Of a DNA stretch of 64,000 nucleotides, positions 29,163 through 52,330 are shown piece after piece. The stretch is from the human T2T-CHM13v2.0 reference genome, Homo sapiens. Below the pieces are notes generated by a model. The model searched no databases. It saw nothing but the letters and a program-made list of their open reading frames with translations, and was not told where the DNA came from. The stretch is taken from NCBI RefSeq assembly GCF_009914755.1, contig NC_060929.1; one strand, written 5' to 3'. A program made the translations under genes and the position numbers. Numbering within the stretch: position 1 is the first letter of the stretch; each line of letters opens with the position of its first letter.

Positions 29163-30619
29163 CAGGCATACCTAGTTTTATTGTGCTTTGCTTTATTCTG
29201 CTTCACAGATACTGTGTTTTTTAAACATTGAAGGTTTGTAGCAATTCTGTGTCTAGAAAGTCTATTGGTGCCATTTTTTTCCAAAAGTGTGTGCTCACTT
29301 TGTGTCTCTGGGTCACATTTTAGTAATTCTTACAAATTTTAAAATCTTTTCAGTACTATTTTACCTGTTATGGCAATTTTTGGTCATTGATCTTTGATGT
29401 TACTATTGTAATTGATTTGGGATGCGACAGATCCTGCCAATATAAGACGGTGAACTTAACCGAGAAATGTCGTGTGCATTCTGATTGCTCCACTGACCAG
29501 CACTTCCCCTACTTCTATCTTCTTGGACCTTCCTGTTCCCTGAGTTACAACAGTGTCAAAATGGTCCAATTAATGGCCTCCAATTGTCTCAAGGTATTCA
29601 AGTGAAGGGAAGTATCACATATCTCTCACTTCAAACACTAAAAATGATTAAGCTTAGCAAGGAAGGCATGTCTAAAGCCAGATAGACTGAAAGCTTGGGC
29701 TCTTGCATCAGTTAGCCAAGTTGTTAATGCAAAGGAAAAGTTTCTGAAGAAAATTAAAAGTGCTATTCCAGTGATTACATGAATGATTAAAACAAAAAAA
29801 GAAAGTGAAACAGCATCATTGCTGGTATGAAGAAAGTTTGAGTGGTCTGAATAGAAGGTCAAACCAGCCACAACATTTCTTTAAGCCAAAGCTTAACCCA
29901 TAACAAGGCCCTAACTTTCTTCAATTCTGTGAAAGCTGAGAGAGATGAGGAAGCTGCAGAAGAAAAGTTGGAAACCAGCAGGAGTTGGTTAATGAAGTTT
30001 AAAGAAAGAAACCAACTCCATCACATAAGAGTGCAGAGTGAAGCAGCAAGTGTTGATGGAGAAGCTACATAAGTTATCCGGAAAATCCACGCAAGATCAT
30101 CGATGAAGGTGGCTATACCCAACAACAGATTCTCAATGTAAATGAAACAGACTTCTATTGGAAGAAGATGATGTCTAGGACTTTCATAGCTAAAGGGGAG
30201 AAGTCAATGCCTGGCCTCATTGCTTCAAAAAACAGGCTGACTCTCTTTTTAGGGGACAATGCATCTGGTGACTAAGTTGAAGCCAATACTTATTAACTGA
30301 TACTGAAAATTCTAGGGCCCTTAAGAATGAGGCTAAATCTACTCTGCCTATGCCCTAGAAATGGAACAACAAAGCTTGGATAACAGAAAATCTGTTTATA
30401 GCATGGCTAATTGAATATTTTAAGCCTGCTGCTAAGACTTACAGCTTGGGGGGGAAAAAGTTCTTTTCAAAATATTCCTGCGCATTGACAATGCACCTGG
30501 CCATACAAGAGCTCTAATGGAAATTTACAAGGAAATGAATATTGTTTTCTTGCCTTCTGATACAACCTTCATTCTCCAGCCCATGGATCAAAGATTTATT
30601 TTGAATTTCAAGCCTTATT
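29163..30619 (+). mobile_element. Tigger1 DNA transposon, left ~1.45 kb only
   Basis: Left TIR 'caggcatacc'; decayed pogo-like transposase from ~29573; stops at the L1 poly-T. No right half or right TIR found anywhere in the window. Confidence 0.92.
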
Positions 30620-31524
30620 TCTCTTTTCTTTTTTTTTAATTATACTTTAAGTTTTAGGGTACATGTGCACAATGTGCAGGTTAGTTACATATGTATACAT
30701 GTGCCATGTTGGTGTGCTGCACCATTAACTCGTCATTTAGCATTAGGTATATCTCCTAATGCTATCCTTCCCCCATCCCCTCACCCCACAACAGGCCCCG
30801 GTGTGTGATGTTCCCCTTCCTGTGTCCATGTGTTGTCATTGTTCAATTCCTACCTATGAGTGAGAACATGCGGTGTTTGGTTTTTTGCCCTTGCAATTGT
30901 TTGCTGAGAATGATGGTTTATAGCTCCATCCATGTCCCTACAAAGGACATGAACTCATCATTTTTTATGACTGCATAGTATTCCATGGTGTATATGTGCC
31001 ACCTTTTCTTAATCCAGTCTATCATTGTTGGGCATTTGGCTTGGTTCCCAGTCTTTGCTATTGTGAATAGTGCCGCAATAAACATACGTGTGCATGTGTC
31101 TTTATAGCAGCATGATTTATAATCCTTTGGGTATATACCCAGTAATGAGATGGCTGGGTCAAATGGTATTTCTAGTTCTAGATCCCTGAGGAATCGCCAC
31201 ACTGACTTCCACAATGGTTGAACTAGTTTACAGTCCCACCAACAGTGTCAAAGTGTTCCTATTTCTCCACATCCTCTCCAGCACCTGTTGTTTCCTGACT
31301 TTTTAATGATTGCCATTCTAACTGGTGGGAGATGGGGTATCTCATTGTGGTTTTGATTTGCATTTCTCTGATGGCCAGTGATGATGAGCATTTTTTGATG
31401 TGTCTTTTGGCTGCATAAATGTCTTCTTTTGAGAAGTGTCTGTTCATATCCTTCACCCACTTTTTGATGGGGTTGTTTGTTTTTTTCTTGTAAATTTGTT
31501 GGAGTTCATTGTAGATTCTGGATA

Positions 31525-34695
<3,171 letters not shown>

Positions 34696-34734
34696 TCATT
34701 AGTTGATGCAGTTTCTTCCTAGTCTCGATGGTCT

Positions 34735-35751
34735 TTACATTTTGGCATGATTTTGCAGCGGCTGGTACCGGTTGTTCCTTTCCATGTTTAGCGCTTCCTT
34801 CAGGAGCTCTTTTAGGGCAGGCCTGGTGGTGAGAAAATCTCTCAACATTTGCTTGTCTATAAAGTATTTTATTTCTCCTTCACTTATGAAGCTTAGTTTG
34901 GCTGGATATGAAATTCTGGGTTGAAAATTCTTTTCTTTAAGAATGTTGAATATTGGCCCCCACTCTCTTCTGGCTTGTAGGGTTTCTGCCGAGAGATCCG
35001 CTGTTAGTCTGATGGGCTTTCCTTTGAGGGTAACCCGACCTTTCTCTCTGGCTGCCCTTAACATTTTTTCCTTCATTTCAACTTTGGTGAATCTGACAAT
35101 TATGTGTCTTGGAGTTGCTCTTCTCGAGGAGTATCTTTGTGGCGTTCTCTGTATTTCCTGAATCTGAACGTTGGCCTGCCTTGCTAGATTGGGGAAGTTC
35201 TCCTGGATAATATTCTGCAGAGTGTTTTCCAACTTGGTTCCATTCTCCACATCACTTTCAGGTACACCAATCAGACGTAGATTTGGTCTTTTCACATAGT
35301 CCCATATTTCTTGGAGGCTTTGCTCATTTCTTTTTATTCTTTTTTCTCTAAACTTCCCTTCTCGCTTCATTTCATTCATTTCATCTTCCATTGCTGATAC
35401 CCTTTCTTCCAGTTGATCGCATCGGCTCCTGAGGCTTCTGCATTCTTCATGTAGTTCTCGAGCCTTGGTTTTCAGCTCCATCAGCTCCTTTAAGCACTTC
35501 TCTGTATTGGTTATTCTAGTTATACATTCTTCTAAATTTTTTTCAAAGTTTTCAACTTCTTTGCCTTTGGTTTGAATGTCCTCCCGTAGCTCAGAGTAAT
35601 TTGATCGTCTGAAGCCTTCTTCTCTCAGCTCGTCAAAATCATTCTCCATCCAGCTTTGTTCTGTTGCTGGTGAGGAACTGCGTTCCTTTGGAGGAGGAGA
35701 GGCGCTCTGCTTTTTAGAGTTTCCAGTTTTTCTGTTCTGTTTTTTCCCCAT
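34735..35751 (-). CDS. L1 ORF1p, intact 338 aa
   Basis: Full-length MGKKQNRK...NHAKM with REKG, ARR and YPAKLS motifs. Confidence 0.96.
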   Translation of the reverse strand: MGKKQNRKTGNSKKQSASPPPKERSSSPATEQSWMENDFDELREEGFRRSNYSELREDIQTKGKEVENFEKNLEECITRITNTEKCLKELMELKTKARELHEECRSLRSRCDQLEERVSAMEDEMNEMKREGKFREKRIKRNEQSLQEIWDYVKRPNLRLIGVPESDVENGTKLENTLQNIIQENFPNLARQANVQIQEIQRTPQRYSSRRATPRHIIVRFTKVEMKEKMLRAAREKGRVTLKGKPIRLTADLSAETLQARREWGPIFNILKEKNFQPRISYPAKLSFISEGEIKYFIDKQMLRDFLTTRPALKELLKEALNMERNNRYQPLQNHAKM

Positions 35752-36660
35752 CTTTGTGGTTTTATCTACTTTTGGTCTTTGATGATGGTGATGTACAGAT
35801 GGGTTTTCGGTGTAGATGTCCTTTCTGGTTGTTAGTTTTCCTTCTAACAGACAGGACCCTCAGCTGCAGGTCTGTTGGAATACCCTGCCGTGTGAGGTGT
35901 CAGTGTGCCCCTGCTGGGGGGTGCCTCCCAGTTAGGCTGCTCGGGTGTCAGGAGTCAGGGACCCACTTGAGGAGGCAGTCTGTCTGCCCGTTCTCAGATC
36001 TCCAGCTGCGTGCTGGGAGAACCACTGCTCTCTTCAAAGCTGTCAGACAGGGACACTTAAGTCTGCAGAGGTTACTGCTGTCTTTTTGTTTGTCTGTGCC
36101 CTGCCCCCAGAGGTGGAGCCTACAGAGGCAGGCAGGCCTCCTTGAGCTGTGGTGGGCTCCACCCAGTTCGAGCTTCCCGGCTGCTTTGTTTACCTAAGCA
36201 AGCCTGGGCAATGGCGGGCGCCCCTCCCCCAGCCTCGTTGCCGCCTTGCAGTTTGATCTCAGACTGCTGTGCTAGCAATCAGCGAGATTCCGTGGGCGTA
36301 GGACCCTCCGAGCCAGGTGTGGGATATAGTCTCGTGGTGCGCCGTTTCTTAAGCCGGTCTGAAAAGCGCAATATTCGGGTGGGAGTGACCCGATTTTCCA
36401 GGTGCGACCGTCACCCCTTTCTTTGACTCGGAAAGGGAACTCCCTGACCCCTTGCGCTTCCCAGGTGAGGCAATGCCTCGCCCTGCTTCGGCTCGCGCAC
36501 GGTGCGCACACACACTGGCCTGCGCCCACTGTCTGGCACTCCCTAGAGAGATGAACCCGGTACCTCAGATGGAAATGCAGAAATCACCGTCTTCTGCGTC
36601 GCTCACGCTGGGAGCTGTAGACCGGAGCTGTTCCTATTCGGCCATCTTGGCTCCTCCCCC
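35752..36660 (-). promoter_or_regulatory. L1 5'UTR: sense promoter (YY1 site), CpG island and antisense promoter
   Basis: CpG-rich and essentially undecayed; YY1 motif CAAGATGGCCG intact near 36639-36649. Confidence 0.9.
36211..36426 (+). CDS. L1 ORF0 (antisense, 71 aa)
   Basis: MAGAPPPASLPPCSLISDCCASNQRDSVGVGPSEPG...RHPFL, lying inside the listed 36142..36426 ORF. Confidence 0.88.
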   Translation: MAGAPPPASLPPCSLISDCCASNQRDSVGVGPSEPGVGYSLVVRRFLSRSEKRNIRVGVTRFSRCDRHPFL

Positions 36661-36785
36661 CCACTTTTTTTTTTTTAATTGGCAAAATTCTTTCTTTAGA
36701 AATTTTGTTGAAACAAGTAACTGACCAACAGTCTTCACTGTTCAACCTTCCTCTCTACCTGCAGTGGCCTGTGATGTCCCTAGAA

Positions 36786-41797
<5,012 letters not shown>

Positions 41798-41966
41798 AGA
41801 ATATGGCCATTATGACCCACCTCCCTTCTTTCTAGTTTCATGAATGAAATTCAGGAAACTTGCTTGTAAAAAATGACACGACGGAGTAGATGCAAAGTTA
41901 GGACAAAATGGCTGTCTTCTGTATCTTACCTGATTTCCCCTCTATTATATCATACTCTCTCACCCA

Positions 41967-42275
<309 letters not shown>

Positions 42276-42989
42276 TCATAAGATCTCTATTTTCTATTCG
42301 TGTACAGAGTAATTGGGTGGCATAATTAGAAGTCCAGTTCTTGATGCTTAGGGCTGTGAGAAATTCAAGAGACTAAGCCACATGTTCTCTACCCATGAAG
42401 ATCATATCATCTAAATCAGCAGAAAGATATAATACAGAGATATAGCCAGGTAAAGCAGTCAATTTCACCTGTGCTTTTAGCCACAGGGGTTTTCTTCATA
42501 ACCCATTATTTGAAAGTCCCATATGTTCAGTTGAAAGAGTTGCTCAAGGGCTCTATGAAGCAAGGCTTGACAGGTCTGAAACCTGAGAGGAGAGAAAAGT
42601 GGCAAAGCACTGGGGTGGAGAGGAGCCATTTCATGGAAGAAGGACAACCCAGCTAGGTCTTGAAAGGTGAGTAAGATTCAAGTAAATGAGTAGAAGTAGA
42701 GAGGTTGTACCTAGAGCCCGAGCTAGGAATAAGGAAGAGAAATGGAGGGATAATATGTGAGCATCAGACTTATTTTCTTGAAGGCCTCAAATTGTCTGGT
42801 TTATATAAATGTTTACTTATTTATTATATATCTTTTGGAACCACATATGGACTACATGAGAGGCAGTGACCCTTTGATCTCAAATGTAGCTCAAGTACCC
42901 AGTGCAGTATGCACAGAAGGTTCTGTGGTATGGATGAAAGACTGAATATAGGGAACTGATGGGATTGTCATCTTGGGGTCAGATTGAAG

Positions 42990-44191
<1,202 letters not shown>

Positions 44192-46917
44192 AGATTGAGG
44201 GCCCAGGAACATCAGGATTTAAGGGTTGGAATCAATCTGTATAAAGGTTGTTGAATAGAGAGGTGAACAAATTCTATTGATATTTTATAATGGTTAATAT
44301 GACAGTGGGGTCCTGATGGATTTTGATGGGTAGAAAGAAACATAGTAATTATGGAAGACTTAAGAGTCCTTTGTAATAATTCAAGTGTGGGGTGATAACG
44401 ATAGGTATTCTGGTGATGATGTTAAGAACAATACAGAAGTGTTTGATATAGAAAATCTCACAGAGGCAGAGTTAATGAGATCCCATAACTGGCAAGAGTA
44501 CATTGAAGAGTCCATTGGATCATCTTCATCATTTTCTACTTGCAGCTCATCTCCAGATTTAGACTGCTGACTGTGATGAGAATCTGGGTAGCTATTCAAA
44601 AGCTGTTTTAGGCTTTGGGGCTTCCACACAGATGGAATCCTAAACTAATCTTTTTTATTACTCCAAAACCTGGAACTTTTTCCAGGTTTGTCCTTTTGAT
44701 GTGAAAAATACTGTAGACTAGTAGCACTTATTTTGGATTTGGGTCTTCATTTTAGAATGAGATCACAGAATGAGACTGCCTACTATCTCGCGGTCGCCAT
44801 ACTGAAATAGGGAGTGATGAAAACTCTTGAGAAATCAAAGTGGGCCATTCTCTGCCATTTCTGTTTTGCTCTGGTTGCTTCAAAATTCACAGGTTTCTTT
44901 TTGTATGTTGTCTTCCTTCTTCCATGTGTCTTTACCTTGATACAGCAGGTGGTTTATTTTTTTTCCTGTTTTCCTTTTTCACTGCTATTTTTGTTCCTGT
45001 TTTTGTTTCACTTTCTAAGAGTTGCTGGGAATAATCCTCATTTTCACTATTTTAAATAGGTGCTTCATTTACCATAATTTTATGTAGTGTATGATATAAA
45101 ACCTTACCACCTTGTTCAGTTCAAAATTAAACCTCTCAGTACAAAAGAAGGATTCAAAAGAATTTCTAAGGCATGTGGGAAGGATTGAAGTGAGGAAAAC
45201 AGACTTTTTCCTGAGGCAATGTCAAACTCTGAAGCCAGCCTCTGGACTCTCTTGAAATTGTTAGCTAGCTATGGGATGAAGTTTGATATCTGATATTTCT
45301 TAATAATTAAATTCAGTTACTATATCAGTAGCAGATAGTCCCACATGTATGCCAATTTCTTCCCACCATCAGGTATTTTAATTTTTATTCATATTTTTGT
45401 AGGTTTCACAACAATGGAGCACCCTAGACTTGAACATTACATCTGGGTAATTAGCTATGAAAGGATTAGAGAAAAGAGGCTGTGTTGTAGAGCTCCCAAA
45501 TGAACATTTGCTAGAGACACTTTTTGATGTGAATCTGGAGCCTTCTGTATAAGGCGTCAATGACTTCACAGAGAAACCAGTGAATAAAATTATTGCTATT
45601 TCTTTGTTGTTCACCATGGCCTTAAGATTGGGCCAAAAGCTTTATATACAATGTTTGTTTTACTGCTTTTAAGTCTCTGTATGGAAAATATAATTATTCA
45701 TCCCATTTTATATTTGGGGACAATAAGTATACTTGGTCAACTGTTCTTTCCATCTCCTCCCTCATTTCTTTTACGTTTTTCTGGATCGTCACGTGACTGA
45801 AACCAATTAATTACATTCAAATTAAGATGTGTGGCTTAATGTGACCTCTTTTTGATAATATTTTGGCTTCAACTGCCTGAGCTGGCATCTAAGATTAAGG
45901 TGCCACGTGGCAAACTCTTTCCTATCCTTTAGGACCAATTTCTGATGTCACTGATTCTGTGAAGCCCTCTTGGATTGGAAACCTCAGAGTATAATCATTT
46001 ACCCATTTCCCCCTCTTCTCAGTTACTTACCTCTATAACCCCAGCCCTATATTCTTATTATTGGGATGGAAGGACGATTGAGCAACAAAAATATTCCTGC
46101 TGTTAGTAATGAGGCCCAAATCCCAGGGAATATTAAATTTATCTTTATCTTTAGGATCAAAATTTCTATTAAAACTCAGAGTCCAGGGTGGCAGAAATTT
46201 GGGAGTGACTTCTTTGGCCTAGTCAACTTGTCCACAAGTGCCTTTCTCTGTTGTGGAGTTTTCACTTTTGACTCATGGGGTATATCATATGATAATTCCT
46301 GCCCTTACACACACACTGTACTAGGTCGAGAATCTCCTTCTTCTCCTCTCCAATAGTCTTGAAATCTTCATTTACTCTCATGACTCCTCAATACCACACC
46401 CCTAGATAATCTCTCCTTTCTAAGAACTTATCTGCCTGGAAATCCCATCTCCCTTGGTGTCTGACACTACTGTGTACTCAGGCACTCCCGGCAAGGTCGG
46501 TTTCTGCTCCTGGACAGAGGATTGGCTGTGGAGGTTGGAAACAAGGGAGAAGCGTTGAGTTCTAATATGGATTCTGAGGGTTCTGTTTTAGGCTTTAGAG
46601 AAGAGCATCTACAGGGCAATTAATCTTTCAATCTTACAAAGATTGACTTCTCACTGTCACTTTAACTTTACTTTCTTATGTTACACATCTGGCAGTCTTT
46701 TCATAACTTATGTTACAAACAATAACAAAAAGAATCCCTTCTTTTTGTTATCTTGTTGTAGGTGAGTAACCAAATCTAGGGAAGGTGGTAGAAGAGAAAC
46801 TTTTCTGGCCTTATCTCTCTTGGAGCACTTTGCTGTACTACAGTTTGCTTATTTTTTTATTGAAAATTTTATTAAGATAATTGTGAATTCCCATGCAGTT
46901 GTCAGAAATAATACAAC

Positions 46918-47206
<289 letters not shown>

Positions 47207-47397
47207 TATATATATATATATATTTATTTATATATATATTTATATTTATATATATATTTATATTTATATATATATTTATATTTATATATTTTTATATATA
47301 CACACAGTATATATACACACACATATTTATATACACACACACATATATATACACACACATATATATGCGTGTGTGTGTGTATGTATATATATATAGA
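47207..47397. repeat. Compound (TA)n/(TATATT)n/(CA)n/(TG)n microsatellite grown from the Alu tail
   Basis: Directly visible low-complexity tract. Confidence 0.95.
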
Positions 47398-47649
47398 AAG
47401 TTCCCTTGCATACTTTGCTCAGTTTTCCTTAATGGTATTATTTTGCTAAACTAGTATAATTTTACAAACTGGATATTAATATTGATGGAATCTACCAATT
47501 TTATTCAGGTTTTTGCAGTTTTACTTACACTTATTTGTGTGTATATGTTAAGTTCTATACAATTTTATCACTGTGTAGGTTCATGCATCACCACCATAGC
47601 CAAAATACTAAACAATTCCAACCTCACAACAGTTCTTCATGTTGCCTTT

Positions 47650-50084
47650 TGTGCTAGGCTGTTATTGCATTGGTATAAAGAAATAGCTGAGACTGGGTAA
47701 TTTGTAAAAAAAAAAAAAAAAAAAGAAAAGTTTAATTGGCTCACAGTTCTGCAGGCTATATAGGTAGCATGTCACTGAACATGGTGGAAGGCAAAGGGGG
47801 AGGAGGCACATCACATGGTGAGAGAGGGAACAAGAGAGAAAGAAAGAGTGAAGGCAAGATGCCACACACCTCTCTAAACAACCAGATCTCTTGGGTATTC
47901 ACTGTTGTGAGGACAGCACTGAGCCACGAGGGATCTGCCCCGCATGACCCAAATCCCTCCCACCAGGCCCCACCTCCAATACTGATGATCACATTCAACA
48001 TGAGACTTAGTGGGGACATATAATCAAACCATATCATTCCATCCCTGATTCCCCAAAGCTTATGTCCTTTTCATATTGCAAAATATAATCATGCCTTCCT
48101 AACAGTCCACCAAAGCTTAACTCATTCCAGCATTAACTCAAAAGTTCCGAGCCCAAAGTCTCATCTGGAGACGAGTTCCTTCCATCTGTGAGCCTGTAAA
48201 ATCAAAACAAGTATTTACTTCCAGGATACAATGAGGGTAAAGACATTGGGTAAACATTCCCATTCCAAAATGGAGAAATAGCCAAAAGAAAGGGGCTACA
48301 GGCTCCATGAGAGTTCAAAACCGGGGATGGCAGTAACTAAATCTTAAAGCTCTGAAATAGTCTTCTTTGACTCCATGTCCCCCATCCAGGGCACAATTCT
48401 GCAAGAGGTGGGCCCCTAAGGTCTTGGGCAGCTCCACACCTATGCCTTTACATATTTTAGCTTCCACAGCTGCTCTCACAGATTGTTGAGTACCTGCAGC
48501 TTTTCCAGGCACAAGGTGAAAGCTGCTGGTGGATCTACCATTTTGGAATATGGAGGACCGTGGCCTCATTCCCACAGCTCCACTACACAGTGCCCACTGT
48601 GTGGGGCCTTCAGCCCCACATTTTTTCTTTGTACTGCCCTAGTAGAGGATTTCTGTGAGCACTCTGCCCCTGCAGCAGGCTTCTGCCTGGACACCCAGGC
48701 TTTCTGATACATCCTCTGAAATCTAGGCAGAGGCTGCCATGTCTCCTTCATGCTTTCACTCTGTATGCCTACAGGCTTAATACCACATAGGAGCCACCAA
48801 GGCTTACAGCTTGCACCCTCTAAAGCAGTTGCCTGAGTTGTATCTCAGGCTCTTTGAGCCATGGCTGGAGCTGAAAGCAGCAGGGATGCAGACATCAGCC
48901 TCCTGGGGTGGTGGAGTGCAGTGGCACCCCAGGCCTGGCCCATGAAATCATCTAGTCCTCTTAGGTCTCTGGGCTTGTGATTTGGGCTGTCTGGAAGATC
49001 TGTGAAGTGCCTTCTAGGCCTTTTTCCCATTGTCTTGGCTAATTGCACTTGCCTCCTTTTTAGGTATACAAATTTCTGTGGCAAGTAAGTCACCCTGCTT
49101 TAATTTATGCCTTGAAAACTTGCTTTTCTTTTCCATAATATGGCAAGGCTGCAGATTTTCCAAACATTTTTTGATCTGCTTCCTGTTTAAATGTAAAGTC
49201 TAACTTTGTTGTTTCATTGCTCCCACATCTGAGCATAAGCTATTAAAAGCAGCCAGGCCATTTCTTGAATGCTTTGCTGCTTAGAAATTTCCTTCTGTAG
49301 ATACCCTAAATAATCCATTTGAAGCCCAAACTTCCACAGATCCCTAGGGCATGAACACAATGCAGCCCAGTTCTTTGCTATGGCATAAAATGGGTGACCT
49401 TTGTTGTAATTTCCAATAAGTTCCTCATTTCCATCTGAAACCTCATCAGCCTGGTTTTCACTGTCGATATTTATATCAATATTTTAGTCACAATCCTTTA
49501 ACCAGTCTTTAAAAATTCCAAACTTTCCCCATCTCCTATCTTCTTCTGAGTCCCCCAAACTCTTTCAATCTCTGCCTGTTACCCAGTTCCAAAGTCACCT
49601 ATACGTTTTCACTATTTTAATAGCAATACCATACTCCTGGTACCAATTTTATGTGTTAGGCCATTCCTGCATTGCTATAAATAAATACCTGATCATGGGT
49701 CATTTATAAAGAAAATAGGTTTCATTGGCTCATGGTTCTATAGGCTGTACAGGAGGCATTGTGCCAGGCATCTGTTTAGCTTCTGGTGAGGGCCTCAGGA
49801 AGCATACAATTATGGTGGAAGGTAAAGAGGGAGAAGGCATCTTATGTGCTGAGAGAGGCAGTAAGAGAGAGAGAGTAGTGAGGAGATGCCATACACCTCT
49901 AAACAAACTTATCTCATGAGTAGTCACTCACTGTTATGAGGACGCACTCACTATCATGAGGACAGCACCACGCCATGAGGGATCTGCCCTCATGATGCAA
50001 ACCCTCCCACCAGGGCCCACCTCCAACACTGGGGATCACAATTCAACATGAGATTTGGTGTAGACATATATTCAAACCATAGCA
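47650..50084 (-). mobile_element. Complete MST (MaLR) provirus: LTR (47650-48035), internal region, LTR (49652-50084)
   Basis: Two homologous LTRs ending 'caaaccatatca' / 'caaaccatagca' around a ~1.6-kb MST/THE1-type internal region; flanks ccttt / ctttt. Confidence 0.9.
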
Positions 50085-50380
50085 CTTTTTTTTTCTTTGA
50101 GACAGGGTCTCACTCTGTCACCTAGGCTGAGTGCAGTGGCACGATCATAGTTCACTGCAGCATTGATCTCCCTGGAATAAGCAATTCCTCCTGCCTCAGC
50201 CTCCTGAGTAGCTGGGACTACAGGTGCATGCTACCACGTGCAACTAATGTTTTGATTTTTACATTAAACACCAAGTCTCGCTATGTTGTCCAGGCTGGTT
50301 TCAAACTCTTGTGCTCAAGCAATCCTGCCTTAGCCCCCACAAAGTGCCAGGATTACAGACATGAGCCACTGTGCCCAACC
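50085..50380 (-). mobile_element. AluJ
   Basis: Antisense Alu 'gagacagggtctcactctgtcacc...gagccactgtgcccaacc'. Confidence 0.9.
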
Positions 50381-50417
50381 ATGTTCCCTTTTTATAAATA
50401 TTCCTACCTCTTTTCTC

Positions 50418-51071
50418 TGTAAGGGCAAAGGGAAAACTTTCACTTAACTCTCTGAAAGTTTGTTGCAAATCAACTGACAAAAGGAAGAATAATAAGGAGA
50501 AAAATCATACAAATTTATTAATGTGCACGGAGGATACAAAAATCACAGAGTGATTGCCCCACTATGCAAATGGGGTACAGATGATTATATGTCCTTCTTC
50601 TTACGGGAAAGGGGGATAGGGAAATGTGAGTAATTTTAGAGATATAGTAAATGATTTTAGGGGTATTTAATGGGCTTGATAAACATACATTTGCCTGAGA
50701 CAAAGTCTGTTGGGCTTGTAGAGCAGGCAGTGATTTATGACAAATGACTGTCCAGGTGTGTTAACAGATGTCAGCCTTAATTTTTTCAATCTGAGTTTAA
50801 TTAATGAAAAATCAGAAAAGGGACCAGAAGTACTTGATTTTTTCTTTGGTGGGTCCAGATCTTAGGCAGATAAGAGAACTTCAGAGAACAATTTCATCCT
50901 GTGCTTTGGTAAGGAGGGTTGAGAGACAGGAGTGTGTGTGTGTGTAGGCTGGTGGGCGGGGGGGTCCAGGGGGTGGGGGTAGTGGTGGGGAAGTCAGAGA
51001 AACCTTGAGACTTCCTCAGTTCTGTATGTCAAAGTGCCATATTTTGGAGTATCTGTTTCTGAGCCCCAGTG
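50418..51071 (-). mobile_element. MER39-like ERV1 solo LTR
   Basis: Reverse complement begins 'ggggctcagaaacagatactccaaaatatggcactttgacat'. Confidence 0.75.
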
Positions 51072-51856
51072 CCTCTCAGCCCCTTACCCTCTATACCTTA
51101 CCACTAACCTGTCTTCCATTTCTAAAAATTTGATCACTTCAATAGTGTTCTATAACTCAAATCATACAGTATTTAATATTTTGTGATTGGCTTTAACTCC
51201 ACATAATCCTCTGCAGATTCAACCAAGTTGTTGCATATATCAGTAGCCTGTTCCTTTGTATAGTGGAATAGAATTTCATGGTATATACCACAGTTTGCTT
51301 AAACATTCATTTCTTGAATGACATCTGGCCTGATTTCAATTTTAGCTATTACAATTACAAGTACAATGAATATTCGTGTTCTAGTTTTTGTGTGAAGATA
51401 AATAAGATAAATCTTTATTTCTCTGAAATACATCAGGATCGCATAAATTGGATAAACGTCCAGGAGCACAGTTGCTGGGTCATATGGTAGTTGCATGTTT
51501 AATTTTTTTTGCAAAACTTCAAAACTGTTTTCCCAAAGTGGCTGTGCTATTTTATAATTCTGCCAGCATGTATATGTGATCCAGTTCTTTGTCATCCTTG
51601 CTAGCATTTGATGTTGTCGCTATTTTTTTTTTTAATTTTAGCCATCCTGAAAGGTATGTAGTGGTATCTCATTGTAGTTTTAATTTGCATTTTCCTAATG
51701 GCTAATGATATTGAACATCTTTTCATATGCTTATCTGCTATCTGTATATCTTCTCTGGTGAAATGTCTGTTTATGTCTTTTGCCCATTCTCTAATTGAAT
51801 TGTCTTTTTTTTAAATTGTTGAGTTGTGAGACTTCTGTATATATTCAAGATACTAG

Positions 51857-52330
<474 letters not shown>

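Noticed and set aside
36661-36785. Spacer as a 5' transduction of the L1
   Set aside because: It begins with a T-run followed by AA, which fits a normal target site, and no TSD encloses it.
44385-44570. Acidic, protein-looking 61-aa ORF
   Set aside because: Non-ATG start, no recognisable homology or splice context; probably overlaps a decayed repeat.
45395-45455. Possible small exon after tttttgtag
   Set aside because: Weak donor and no linked exons; cannot be supported.
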